A DNA stretch of 64,000 bases, taken from contig JAAVID010000003.1 of NCBI GenBank assembly GCA_014799395.1, positions 63,105 through 127,104 of the forward strand, written 5' to 3'. The translations under genes and the position numbers were made by a program. Shown here one piece after another: positions 53,234 to 63,306 of this stretch (position 1 is its first letter; each line of letters begins with the position of its first letter). This stretch comes from Oscillospiraceae bacterium. Lineage in GTDB: Bacteria > Bacillota > Clostridia > Oscillospirales > Ruminococcaceae. Below the pieces are notes generated by a model, which was not told the origin of the DNA, ran no database searches, and saw nothing but the letters and a program-made list of their open reading frames with translations.

Positions 53234-53902
53234 TCACTGTAAAATTTTCCCATCGGATATTCTCACGAGCCGCTGAGCCTTTTTCGCCGTGTCCTCGTTG
53301 TGAGTTATCATCACGACCGTTTTTCCTTTGCGGCTGAGCTCCGAGAGTATATCGAGCACCTCCGCGCCCGAGCGGCTGTCGAGGTTGCCGCAGGGCTCGT
53401 CGGCGAGTATCATCGCGGGGTCTGCGGCTATCGCCCGAGCGATAGCAACGCGCTGCTGCTGACCTCCCGAAAGCTCCGTCGGACGGTGCAGCGCCCTGTC
53501 CGAGAGCCTTACGCTGTCAAGCGCCCTCATCGCGATCTCGCTGCGCCGTTTTTTCGGCACTTTCCTGTACAGCAGCGGCAACTCGACGTTCTCCAGAGCG
53601 GTCAAGCCCTGTATAAGATTAAAGCTCTGAAAAATAAATCCGATCTTCACGCTGCGAATATCGGACAGCGTGTTGTCGGAAAGCGTCGCGACGTTCTCGC
53701 CGTCGAGCAGATAGCTCCCCGCGGTAGGCGTGTCGAGACAGCCGAGGATATTCATAAGCGTGGACTTTCCCGAGCCCGACGTTCCGACGACCGTGACGTA
53801 TTCTCCGTCGTCAATATCCAGCGAAACACCGTCCAGCGCCTTTATCGTATTCGCGCCGACGGTGTAGTATTTTTGCAGCTCCCGTACATATATCATTGCC
53901 AA
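53234..53902 (-). CDS. ABC transporter ATP-binding protein (LolD/MacB-like), no adjacent permease
   Basis: [23 protein letters not shown]. Confidence 0.92.
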   Translation of the reverse strand: MAMIYVRELQKYYTVGANTIKALDGVSLDIDDGEYVTVVGTSGSGKSTLMNILGCLDTPTAGSYLLDGENVATLSDNTLSDIRSVKIGFIFQSFNLIQGLTALENVELPLLYRKVPKKRRSEIAMRALDSVRLSDRALHRPTELSGGQQQRVAIARAIAADPAMILADEPCGNLDSRSGAEVLDILSELSRKGKTVVMITHNEDTAKKAQRLVRISDGKILQ

Positions 53903-53953
53903 ATTCCTCCCAAAACAGAAAATTATTACTATTTTGGGCGGAATAAGTAAAAT

Positions 53954-54784
53954 TTATTCACCGTTTGAGCCGTCAATGATCTCGGCGATATAAGCGTACT
54001 CGGGGAACTCCGCGAGCAGCCGATTTCTGCACTTCCGTAAAAAATCGCTGCGCAGCTCGGGGTGGTCGCGCATTGCCTGCTTAGCGCCCCACAGGTGTGT
54101 GAAATCGCTCTGAGGATAGAACAGATTATCCTTGTCGAGAAGCGTTCTCACGGGCGTTCCCGTGTAGTCCGCGCACATTGCGGCAAGTCTTTGCTCGGCG
54201 AACACCATATATTTAAGATAGTCGCCGCACTTTACCGCCGACTTCATAAACGAGATAGCCTGGCCGGTGTAAAATTCCTTAAAATCGTTGTCGGGAACGT
54301 ACAGAAACGCCGTGTTGAGCGGCAAAACCTCCTCGCTGAAGTCGGGGAGGATATGGTCTCCGACGTTGAAAGATCCGAGCGGCGGATATATCCCGTCCGA
54401 GATGTCCTCTCGGTGAGCGGCAATAATTTCATCTCCGAATCGAAGCGTTTTCCATACGATAAAATCCGTGTCCGTCATCACCACGGGAGCCTCGACCTCG
54501 CGCAGCGCGAGCAGCTTTCCGCCCGCCCAGAACATCAGCGGGTCAATGCCCTCCAGATCGTCCGCGACGCATACTTTAATATCGTTCCAAATATCGGTAA
54601 TGCCGAGATTTTTGTAATATTCGGCGCTGCGGTTGTCGCAGCACAGTGTGATGTTCCCGTTGAATTTTCTCCAGCACAGCGCCGAAAGCGCCATACAGTA
54701 CAAGTCGAAATCCTCGGTACGGAGCTCCGTTTTTCCCTTTGCGAACGCGGGCGCGGAGCTTGCGATATGTATAGCGTTCATCAA
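53954..54784 (-). CDS. DUF6734-like protein (possible GT-A fold, DTD motif)
   Basis: FWAGGKLLAL..PVVMTDTDFIVW..NTAFLY..FAEQRL. Confidence 0.6.
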   Translation of the reverse strand: MMNAIHIASSAPAFAKGKTELRTEDFDLYCMALSALCWRKFNGNITLCCDNRSAEYYKNLGITDIWNDIKVCVADDLEGIDPLMFWAGGKLLALREVEAPVVMTDTDFIVWKTLRFGDEIIAAHREDISDGIYPPLGSFNVGDHILPDFSEEVLPLNTAFLYVPDNDFKEFYTGQAISFMKSAVKCGDYLKYMVFAEQRLAAMCADYTGTPVRTLLDKDNLFYPQSDFTHLWGAKQAMRDHPELRSDFLRKCRNRLLAEFPEYAYIAEIIDGSNGE

Positions 54785-55431
54785 TATCCGCCCGAAAGGA
54801 TTTTGCGGAGCACAATAAACGCCGTGCCGCCGATACCCACCACCAGAAGCACTATGGAAATGATAAGCGCGGCGGTAGAGTTGCTCCCGTCATTGCCAAC
54901 GTTTATCGTGTAGGCGACAAGGTTCGTGGGGTCGCCGCCTATGTCGCTTATGTACTCCTGAAACAGCTTTAATCCGTCGCCTTTAAGCTGGGTTACCTTG
55001 CCCTGTATCTTTAAGGAAGTCCACTCGGGGAGCTCCTTGTCGTTGATAAGGTAGTCAAACGTTTCGTCCACTATCTTGTCCGCAATGCTCTGCGTCGCGC
55101 TGTCGGGTATGGAAAGCGAAACGAATTTCGGTTCGTAGTCGTCATATGTAGCGGGGAGCGGCATAGCGTAATATCTCGACGTTACCTTTGTATTGTACGA
55201 TATACCGAAAACGGTGTCGGATTCCTCCATAACGGCGTAGTTATCCCAAAGCTCGTATATCTCGCCCTCTACAAAGCGCCCGTTGTAAAAATCGCTTGCT
55301 TTCATAGTTTCGAGATCGCCGCGCGGTTTTCCCAGCTCGACTTTATCCTTTATCGAACCGATAAGCAGCGCGATACCGAGTATAATAAGAACGATAAAAA
55401 CTATCAGCAATCTGATACTTGACATTTTCAT
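54781..55431 (-). CDS. Membrane protein (N- and C-terminal TM)
   Basis: Two terminal hydrophobic segments. Confidence 0.75.
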   Translation of the reverse strand: MKMSSIRLLIVFIVLIILGIALLIGSIKDKVELGKPRGDLETMKASDFYNGRFVEGEIYELWDNYAVMEESDTVFGISYNTKVTSRYYAMPLPATYDDYEPKFVSLSIPDSATQSIADKIVDETFDYLINDKELPEWTSLKIQGKVTQLKGDGLKLFQEYISDIGGDPTNLVAYTINVGNDGSNSTAALIISIVLLVVGIGGTAFIVLRKILSGGY

Positions 55432-55510
55432 AACTTTTTTTCTCCTAAAAGATATTAAAACACGCCGGAAACGCGCGTTTTGTACATAATTACCAACACC
55501 GAGCAAATAT

Positions 55511-56209
55511 TTAATACCCCGTGCTCTCGCGGTGCTTTTTTAACGCGAGCAGGACGATACCGCCCGCCCCGACCAATGTTACGACCGCGCCGATTATTAT
55601 CAGCAAAAAATCTTTGCCGCCGTTTCTTTGAACATAGAAAACATACGGGCTGATGTGGTTGAAACCGTTTGTGTAGGTGGGCATGGTAAGTGCCGGGTCT
55701 CCGACGAGATCCACCAGCGCCTCGTCTTTGATGAGTTGTGCGTGAAATATGAAATAATTCGACATTTTTTCAACAAAAGGAGGGTCCATATCCCCGAGCA
55801 CGCCGCTGACCGCGAGCGGAGTTCCCGAGCCTGCGGCGGACAGGTTTTCCGAACGCAGTTCGTCCATCGCCTTAACGTCCTCCTCATCGGTAACGCATAT
55901 CAGCATATAGTCCTGCTCGGGCGGCGAAAATATCTTTCCCGCGGGGATAACGTAATAATGCTGCGTTATCGGGTCGCCGTATGCGACGTCGAAAATTCTC
56001 CGTCTTGTCGACGTCGTAAAGACTTTGCCGAACTGCCTGTCGACGTTCGAGTTCACAGACATTCCCACGACATACTGCTGACACGGAACGCTTGCCAGCG
56101 ATACGGGCAGGCTGTTGTTACCCGCGTTCTGCTGTATGCCCGCAAACAGCAGAAACACGCCCGCGTATGTCACAAGTCCAAGAAATACAAAGGCAATGAT
56201 ATATTTCAT
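55511..56209 (-). CDS. Membrane protein, same architecture as neighbour
   Basis: Two terminal TMs; shared YY..P motif. Confidence 0.72.
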   Translation of the reverse strand: MKYIIAFVFLGLVTYAGVFLLFAGIQQNAGNNSLPVSLASVPCQQYVVGMSVNSNVDRQFGKVFTTSTRRRIFDVAYGDPITQHYYVIPAGKIFSPPEQDYMLICVTDEEDVKAMDELRSENLSAAGSGTPLAVSGVLGDMDPPFVEKMSNYFIFHAQLIKDEALVDLVGDPALTMPTYTNGFNHISPYVFYVQRNGGKDFLLIIIGAVVTLVGAGGIVLLALKKHRESTGY

Positions 56210-56248
56210 ATGTATTCTCCGAATTGCTGTAAATTATTGTGAATTTTG

Positions 56249-56956
56249 TCAGATGTTGTGTATTCCGTAGCCGAAACGGTCGAGAGGACATCTCATCAGT
56301 GTTTCGAGCATAATTCTGTCATACTCGTCAAGCAAATTGAAATCGTTTACAAAAGGCAAATAAAGACTGCCGACGGGATAACCGAACCGCCAAAAGCTCC
56401 CGAATGAGCCGCCCGCAAAGCTTCCCGAGCGGAACACCTCAAACAGCCATTCCCACTCCCATTCGTGAAAGCTTGTAAAGCTGCCGGCAGTAAACGAGCC
56501 GCTTTTGTAGAGGTTGAACAGCCACTCCCATTCCCACTCGTGCATACCGCTGCCGAAGAAGTAGCTCCCGAAGCGGAACGAACCGCCGAACAGCGAGTTC
56601 CAAGCGCTTCCGAACGAGCCTGGCGCGAGACTGTACGAGCCGTTTGACCCCATACCGATAAAACTGCGCGGCATACTGCCCGAGCAGGGGGGCGCGTTTG
56701 GCGCGGGGGTATCGGTGCCGAAGCGCTTGCCTTCCGCAGAGCCGCCGAATATTTTCGCGAGCTTTTCATTCAGCTCGGGGTCGTCGGGGCGGAGCTTTGC
56801 GAGCTTTTTCGCGCAGCGCTCGCCGCCGTGTTCCCGCAGCCAGCCGACAAGGCTTCCCGCGAGGAAATAACCGCGCAGAGACGCTATATCGGGATTTCCG
56901 GCGATTTCGTCCGCGGAGTAGATTTTCCGCCTGTTGAGCCACAGCGCGCAGTCCAT
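56249..56956 (-). CDS. Protein with GSF-rich and duplicated HEWEWEW repeats, GYGIHNI tail
   Basis: ORF track; GGGGGCGG RBS; low-complexity C-half. Confidence 0.78.
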   Translation of the reverse strand: MDCALWLNRRKIYSADEIAGNPDIASLRGYFLAGSLVGWLREHGGERCAKKLAKLRPDDPELNEKLAKIFGGSAEGKRFGTDTPAPNAPPCSGSMPRSFIGMGSNGSYSLAPGSFGSAWNSLFGGSFRFGSYFFGSGMHEWEWEWLFNLYKSGSFTAGSFTSFHEWEWEWLFEVFRSGSFAGGSFGSFWRFGYPVGSLYLPFVNDFNLLDEYDRIMLETLMRCPLDRFGYGIHNI

Positions 56957-57174
56957 AAGCCCGCCCCCTATCGATTTACTTCTTGTATATTTTACATTAA
57001 ATTTTTTACAAACAGTTTAATACATAATAATTATATCACAAAAATTCAAAGTTTTCAACATATTTTAAGAATTTTTTCAACTTTTTTATACGATTGGTAA
57101 AATTTACTTTTGGGGGTTGCAATATTGGTGGTTTTAGGTTATAATAAAAGGTAGTAAAGTAATCGGCTCGCAGC

Positions 57175-57821
57175 AAAAACGGGATTCCAAAGGGGCTTGC
57201 CCCTTTGGCGGAATGCAAGGGCAGAGCCCTTGCTAGGTCCGGGCAAAGCCCGGATAGCCGTGCGTAAGCACGGCTGTTGCGCACGAAGTGCGCAACGCGG
57301 CGCGTAGCGCCGAGCCCCCACAAGCGCTAAAAGGGTTTGAGGAAAAACAAGGACACCAGTGCCACGTTTTCCCCAAATCGGTGAATTTGCTAACAGGCAA
57401 ATGCGCCGATCAATCACTTTTTTCTGCCGGTGGCAGAAAAAAGTGATCCCCGCTCCGAACAAGACTATACAAGGAGAGCAACTTCAAGCCGAATGAATTA
57501 TCGGCTACCTGCAACGCCGTATACTAGCTCATAGCGCGGTTGAGAAAATATGCCCCCGGCATATTTTCTCAATAGTCGACGATTACGCCTGACGGCGCAA
57601 TCGCTGACGCGGAGCTCTGCTCCGCACCTCGCTGGGGGAAAACTCTTGTTTTCCCCCAGACCCCTTTAGCGCTCCGGGGGCTCGGCGCTACGCGCCGCGT
57701 TGCGCACTTCGTGCGCAACAGCCGTGCTTCGCACGGCTATCCGGGCTGCCGCCCGTACCTGCGCAGAGGCTCTGCCTCTGCACTCCGCCAAAGGGGCAAG
57801 CCCCTTTGGAATCCCGTTTTT
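57175..57821. repeat. REP/MITE-like composite element with ~145-bp inverted arms
   Basis: 57175-57319 is largely the reverse complement of 57676-57821; many internal hairpins. Confidence 0.85.
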
Positions 57822-57868
57822 TTAGCCGTAAAGACGACTGTCAATTTTATCCGAAAGGAGTTTCTATA

Positions 57869-59638
57869 ATGAGAAGAACAAAGATCGTATGCACGCTCGG
57901 TCCCTCCACTCAATCCGACGAGGTTCTGCGCTTGCTTATCGAAAACGGTATGAACGTCGCGAGGCAGAACTTTTCCCACGGCTCTCACGAGAGCCACAAG
58001 GTCACTCACGACCAGATCGTCCGCGTCGCAAAAGAGCTCGGAAAACCGGTCGCTACACTGCTCGACACCAAAGGACCCGAGGTTCGCTTGAAAAAGTTCA
58101 AGGATAACCAAAAGGTCGAGATCAAAACCGGCAGCACCTTCGTGCTTACCACCGCCGAGGTCGAGGGCGACAACACGCGCGTTTCCATTTCCTACAAGGG
58201 TCTCCCCGACGATATTCAGGTCGGAACGCGTATCCTTATCGACGACGGCAACGTTACCGTTCGCTGCTCGGACATAATCCACAACGCGGACGGCACCGCG
58301 GATATTGTCTGCTCGGTCGTGAACGGCGGCGTTTTGTCCAACAACAAGGGCGTGAATATCCCCGGCGTAAAGCTGTCTATGCCGTACCTTTCCGAGGTCG
58401 ACATCTCCGATATACGCTTTGCGGCTCAGGAGAGCTTTGACTTCATCGCGGCTTCGTTCGTCACCTGCCCCGACGACGTTCTTGCTATCCGCAAGATACT
58501 CGAGGAGGAAGGGCGCGGCGATATACGCATAATCTCCAAGATCGAGAACGGCGAGGGCGTAAAGAATATCGACGATATTCTCCGCGTTTCGGACGGAATT
58601 ATGGTAGCGCGCGGCGATATGGGCGTTGAGATACCGTTCGAGGAGATACCTCAGATACAGAAAATGCTCATTACAAAGGGCTATAACGCGAATAAGCAGG
58701 TCATTACCGCGACCCAAATGCTCGAAAGTATGATACACAACCCGCGCCCCACAAGAGCCGAGACCACCGACGTCGCCAACGCCATCTACGACGGCACGAG
58801 CGCTATTATGCTGTCGGGCGAGACCGCGGCGGGCGAACACCCCGTTGAGGCGGTAAAGACTATGGCGCTCATCGCGGAGACCACCGAAAAGGCTATCGAC
58901 TACAAGGAGCGCTTCTACAAGCAGGAAACGCGCGATAATGTAAACGTTTCGGCGGCTATTTCGCACGCTACGGTCAGCGCGGCTATGGACTTGGGCGCTA
59001 CGGCGATAATCACCGTTACAAAGACGGGTACGACCGCGCGTATGATCTCGCGTTACCGCCCCGAATGTCCGATAATCTCCTGCACGACAAGCGAAGTCGC
59101 ATGGAGACAGGCGGCGCTTTCGTGGGGCGTTATCCCGCTTATGGCGGAGGAAATGATGACGAATACCGACGACCTTATCCACCACGCGGTCGCAAAGGCT
59201 GTCGACGCGGGGCTGCTCAAAAACGGCGATCTTACCGTGATCACGGCGGGCGTGCCGCTAGGCGTTTCGGGTACTACCAACCTTATGAAAGTTCATATCG
59301 TCGGCGACGTGCTTGTTACGGGAACGGGCATTACCAAGGGCACCGTCACCGCGCCCGTATGCGTGGCGCAGACCGAGGAGGACGCGCTGGAGCGCTTTGA
59401 GTCGGGGCAGATACTCGTTATCCGCAAGACCTCGAATAAGGTGCTGTCTCTGCTGAAAACGGCGGCGGGTATCATCACCGAGGAGAGCGGCGCGGATTCA
59501 CACGCGGCTATCGTCGGAATGGCGCTTGATATTCCCGTTATCGTCGGCGCGGAGAACGCCGCGGCTATACTGAGGAGCGGCACTGCCGTAACGATCGACG
59601 CGGACAAGGGCATAGTTTCCTCGGGCGCGGATAACTGA
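57869..59638 (+). CDS. pyk: Pyruvate kinase with C-terminal PEP-utilising mobile domain
   Basis: RRTKIVCTLGP, DTKGPE, MVARGDMGVE, ATQMLES, MLSGET. Confidence 0.97.
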   Translation: MRRTKIVCTLGPSTQSDEVLRLLIENGMNVARQNFSHGSHESHKVTHDQIVRVAKELGKPVATLLDTKGPEVRLKKFKDNQKVEIKTGSTFVLTTAEVEGDNTRVSISYKGLPDDIQVGTRILIDDGNVTVRCSDIIHNADGTADIVCSVVNGGVLSNNKGVNIPGVKLSMPYLSEVDISDIRFAAQESFDFIAASFVTCPDDVLAIRKILEEEGRGDIRIISKIENGEGVKNIDDILRVSDGIMVARGDMGVEIPFEEIPQIQKMLITKGYNANKQVITATQMLESMIHNPRPTRAETTDVANAIYDGTSAIMLSGETAAGEHPVEAVKTMALIAETTEKAIDYKERFYKQETRDNVNVSAAISHATVSAAMDLGATAIITVTKTGTTARMISRYRPECPIISCTTSEVAWRQAALSWGVIPLMAEEMMTNTDDLIHHAVAKAVDAGLLKNGDLTVITAGVPLGVSGTTNLMKVHIVGDVLVTGTGITKGTVTAPVCVAQTEEDALERFESGQILVIRKTSNKVLSLLKTAAGIITEESGADSHAAIVGMALDIPVIVGAENAAAILRSGTAVTIDADKGIVSSGADN

Positions 59639-59738
59639 CACCGTATTTTCACATAATATCCCCTTGACAAACCGTGAAAAAAATGTCATAATATTGTTGG
59701 TTCACAATATCTTAATTTACCAAAGGAGTTAATGCATT

Positions 59739-61082
59739 ATGAAGAAAATTTCGGCAATGGCGCTGTGCGCGGCGCTGATATTGTCAATGACGGCTTGTAC
59801 GGACAGCGGCTCGAGCTCAAGTTCGAGTTCAAGTTCGAGCAGCTCGGAAAGCCAAAGCTCGCAGTCGAGCACCGAGACGGGAAGCGCTCCCGAAAATTCC
59901 GATAACAACAGTACCGAACCGAGCGGCGACAGTACGCCCGAAATAGAGGAGGTGGCTTATACGCTTGGAGGAGAATTAACGCCTACCATGATCGCGAATT
60001 CGCGCTATAACGTGGGCAATCAGGTGCGTCTTGCGAATGTTATCAAAAAATTACAGGCGGGCGAGGACGTTACCGTGGTCTATCTCGGCGGCTCGATAAC
60101 GCAGGGTACTTCGGCGGGCGACGACCTCTGCTACGCGCGTCTTACCAACAACTGGCTCGAGGAAAAGTTCCCCGACGCGAACATAACCTATGTAAACGCG
60201 GGTATCGGCGCTACGGGCTCTTATATCGGCGTTCACCGCGCTGACAAGGACGTGCTGTCCAAAGACCCCGACCTTATCTTTATCGACTTCTCGGTAAACG
60301 ATACTACCGAGCGCACCGAGATAAACAAGGAGACCTACGCGAGCCTTCTCAGAAAGCTCTGGAACCATTCGACCAACCCCGCGATAATCACCGTGGCTAT
60401 GACGCAGGAGAACGGCACGAGCTTTATCAATTATCACGGCGAGATAGTAAAGAAGTTCGACATTCCGATGATCTCCTATAAGGACGCTATCCTTGACGTT
60501 ATCGACAAGGGTTATATCAAGTGGACGGATATTTCGGGCGACAATATCCACCCGAACGTGCCCGGACACGCTATTCTCAGCGAACTTATCACGAATTACA
60601 TTCAGTCTGTGATCGACGACCTCGACAACATTTCGGGCGCGGAGAGCGACTTCGCTTCCGTTACCGATATCGGAAACACCTATGTGAACGCCAAGCTCCT
60701 TATGTCCGACAATACCGAGCCCACAAAGCTCGGAGCGTTTGAAATGAAAGAGACCAACTTCGGTAACTTTATGAATCCTTGGATTGCCAAAGTAAACGAC
60801 GGACAGTTCACCGATGACGACGCTATCGAATTCGAGTTTGAGGGCACAAACGTCGGTATTCTGTACGGAAAGCTCACCAAGAACAGCTGCGCGGTCGACG
60901 TTTACCTTGACGGCGAGCTCGCGGCTACCATTGACGCGGCGTTCCCCGACGGCTGGGGCAACTATGTCGAGTTCGAGCAGATAAAGACGGGCTTGAGCGA
61001 GGGCAAGCACACCTTGAAGATCGCGCCCAAATCGCAGGACGGTCCCGCAATGTTTTATGTATCGGCTATCGCGATAAGCTAA
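59739..61082 (+). CDS. SGNH/GDSL hydrolase lipoprotein
   Basis: Lipobox MTAC, GGSIT, NAGIG, FSVND, DNIHP. Confidence 0.88.
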   Translation: MKKISAMALCAALILSMTACTDSGSSSSSSSSSSSSESQSSQSSTETGSAPENSDNNSTEPSGDSTPEIEEVAYTLGGELTPTMIANSRYNVGNQVRLANVIKKLQAGEDVTVVYLGGSITQGTSAGDDLCYARLTNNWLEEKFPDANITYVNAGIGATGSYIGVHRADKDVLSKDPDLIFIDFSVNDTTERTEINKETYASLLRKLWNHSTNPAIITVAMTQENGTSFINYHGEIVKKFDIPMISYKDAILDVIDKGYIKWTDISGDNIHPNVPGHAILSELITNYIQSVIDDLDNISGAESDFASVTDIGNTYVNAKLLMSDNTEPTKLGAFEMKETNFGNFMNPWIAKVNDGQFTDDDAIEFEFEGTNVGILYGKLTKNSCAVDVYLDGELAATIDAAFPDGWGNYVEFEQIKTGLSEGKHTLKIAPKSQDGPAMFYVSAIAIS

Positions 61083-61103
61083 AAAAACAACAAATAAAAC
61101 CGC

Positions 61104-61131
61104 GGCGGATTTTTCGATCCGCCGCTTTTTT
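61104..61131. terminator. Bidirectional terminator
   Basis: gcggcggat..atccgccgc followed by T run. Confidence 0.75.
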
Positions 61132-61134
61132 GTA

Positions 61135-63306
61135 TTACTTTACATTATCCTTTCGTCGAAGAACGCCAAGCGCAATATCGGTCAAAATCAGAACCGCGGT
61201 ATATCCCCAAGCGTCATCGATTATCTCCCTGTCGACGGAAAACGGCATACATACCGGAAGCACGAACTCCGCGCCCGCGAGATACAGCATAACGGGAAGC
61301 GCGAACACCGCCATACTTATCAGCAGAGCCGCCGAAACGTTATTGCACTTTGACGAAATAAACAGAATCACCCACCCGCAAAGTATGAGCGAGAGCGTTC
61401 TCAAAACGCATAGTAAGGCGATATACGCGGCTATCGGAATATCGAAAAAGCGCTCGAATTCGGGTATGCAGCGTATCGAAAATTCCGCGCCGTCGGTCTT
61501 GTAAAGCGACAGGATACCGGTTATGCGGGGAACGTTCACCGCTATTGAGATCAGCGCCGAAGCTATAGCGGAAACGGCTGTATTGCGGCGGAAATATCCG
61601 CGCTTGCCGTGCGGATTTGTGTACAGTAAATACCCCAATCTTCGGCGGTTGTCGTAGGCGATAAGCGGCGAGATACCAAAGCAGATACCCAGCGCGGCGA
61701 AGAGGGTAAGCTGCATATCCTCCGCGTATCCGTCCGCGCCGAAAAGTCTCCGCCAGCCCGTCTGATAAAACATCGCCTTGTTATTGCTGTCCAGCGCGGA
61801 GATGTACCTTTGCTGTTCGTATGCGCGCTTGAAGCCGTCCTCCGCGCTCAGCTCGTCGTGAATTTCCTGCATTTCGGCTAAGTCGGCGGTGAGTATGCGT
61901 TCGTGAAGCTCCTCGAAACGCCGCTTTTCCGTCTCGGCGAATTCGTCCGCCTGTTGTTCCGTCATCTGCGAGAACTGCACGCAGTAGGCGCGGTAACGCA
62001 TATCGTCCGTGTTGAATTCGATACGGTAATTAGCCGCCAAATAAATTTGCACACCCAAGATAAGCAGAATTATCAGCGCGCCATTGTGCGTTGCGAATTG
62101 CTTATAAACCGCATAAGAAAACGGTTTCTTCGGGATATATCGAATTGACGGGATGATCCGTCGGGTCTTGAAATCTTTAATTGCAATTCTCGAAAACAGG
62201 AAATTTTGCAGAATAAAAAAGCCGATAATTCCAACGGCGAGCGAAATAATAGTCACAAAAATTATATTGCAAGGCTCGCCGAAAATATTTATGTTGAGGT
62301 AGTTTTTGAATACGCCCGCGCTTTGAGAAAACGCCGCGAGATTTATTTTTCCGAAAACCGCCGCCCAAGAATTGCCGTCGATAATAACGAACATAATTAC
62401 TTCAGCCGCTGTAATCACCGCCGCCGCGATATACGCGTAAATAGAATAAAGCGCGGTGCAGAGGCACTCGAAAATAAGCGCGGCGAGGAACGCGGCTGCG
62501 ATCTTCACAATGAAAATCAGCGCCATTGCCGTACCGATATTTATCGGCAGATTGCACCCGATAAATCCACTCAGCGACTGAACGGGAAGCGACAGATCGC
62601 CAAGCCCGAACCGCGCCGCGCCGACCGCAAGAGCGCTCCCGTAAAGCAAAATTCCCGTGACGATTATGCATAGCAGGACCGCCGCCGATTTTGCCGAGGC
62701 GAGGTGCGCGCGCCCGTGACGAAGCGGTTTTATCAGCGCGGTTATTCCGGATTCGCGCTCCTTGACTATCAGCACGACGACCGCCGTTAAAGCGCAAAAA
62801 ATCAGCATAATATCGCAGGAGGGATCGTCAATGGCGAGACGAATCCCCTCCGAGCGCGAGTACGCGGGCGCGACCCCGCGAACCGCGTTATAAGCGGCGG
62901 GAGTGCGCGTGATGTTCTTGTACGCGAAGCTGTCCTTTTTGGCGAAGATAGACACGCTTGTCATTCGCTCAGCCGAAGCGTCTATTTCGGAGAGGTAGTT
63001 TTTATAGTCGGCGATAAGCTCCGCCTGTTCGAGCTCTCCGCGCAGAAAATAGAGCCGGTTTACCATATCAAATGTGTATTCGCCGTTGTAAAGCTCGTCG
63101 ATTTTCGCGCTTATCGCCGCGGTCTTTTCGGCGTCGGATATTCCGTCAAGCTCGTCGAAAAACGCTCTGTACTGCTCGTCCGAGACTTCAACCGGGTCAG
63201 CGGTAAAGCACAAATACAAATTAAGAATTACCGCCGCCGAGACGATAAAAATAAAAATTCCCGACGAAAAAATCTTCCGCAGCTCGCAAAACAATACTCT
63301 CATCAT
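61135..63306 (-). CDS. ABC transporter permease (duplicated ABC-2-like)
   Basis: Multi-TM, two similar halves, follows ATPase. Confidence 0.8.
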   Translation of the reverse strand: MMRVLFCELRKIFSSGIFIFIVSAAVILNLYLCFTADPVEVSDEQYRAFFDELDGISDAEKTAAISAKIDELYNGEYTFDMVNRLYFLRGELEQAELIADYKNYLSEIDASAERMTSVSIFAKKDSFAYKNITRTPAAYNAVRGVAPAYSRSEGIRLAIDDPSCDIMLIFCALTAVVVLIVKERESGITALIKPLRHGRAHLASAKSAAVLLCIIVTGILLYGSALAVGAARFGLGDLSLPVQSLSGFIGCNLPINIGTAMALIFIVKIAAAFLAALIFECLCTALYSIYAYIAAAVITAAEVIMFVIIDGNSWAAVFGKINLAAFSQSAGVFKNYLNINIFGEPCNIIFVTIISLAVGIIGFFILQNFLFSRIAIKDFKTRRIIPSIRYIPKKPFSYAVYKQFATHNGALIILLILGVQIYLAANYRIEFNTDDMRYRAYCVQFSQMTEQQADEFAETEKRRFEELHERILTADLAEMQEIHDELSAEDGFKRAYEQQRYISALDSNNKAMFYQTGWRRLFGADGYAEDMQLTLFAALGICFGISPLIAYDNRRRLGYLLYTNPHGKRGYFRRNTAVSAIASALISIAVNVPRITGILSLYKTDGAEFSIRCIPEFERFFDIPIAAYIALLCVLRTLSLILCGWVILFISSKCNNVSAALLISMAVFALPVMLYLAGAEFVLPVCMPFSVDREIIDDAWGYTAVLILTDIALGVLRRKDNVK

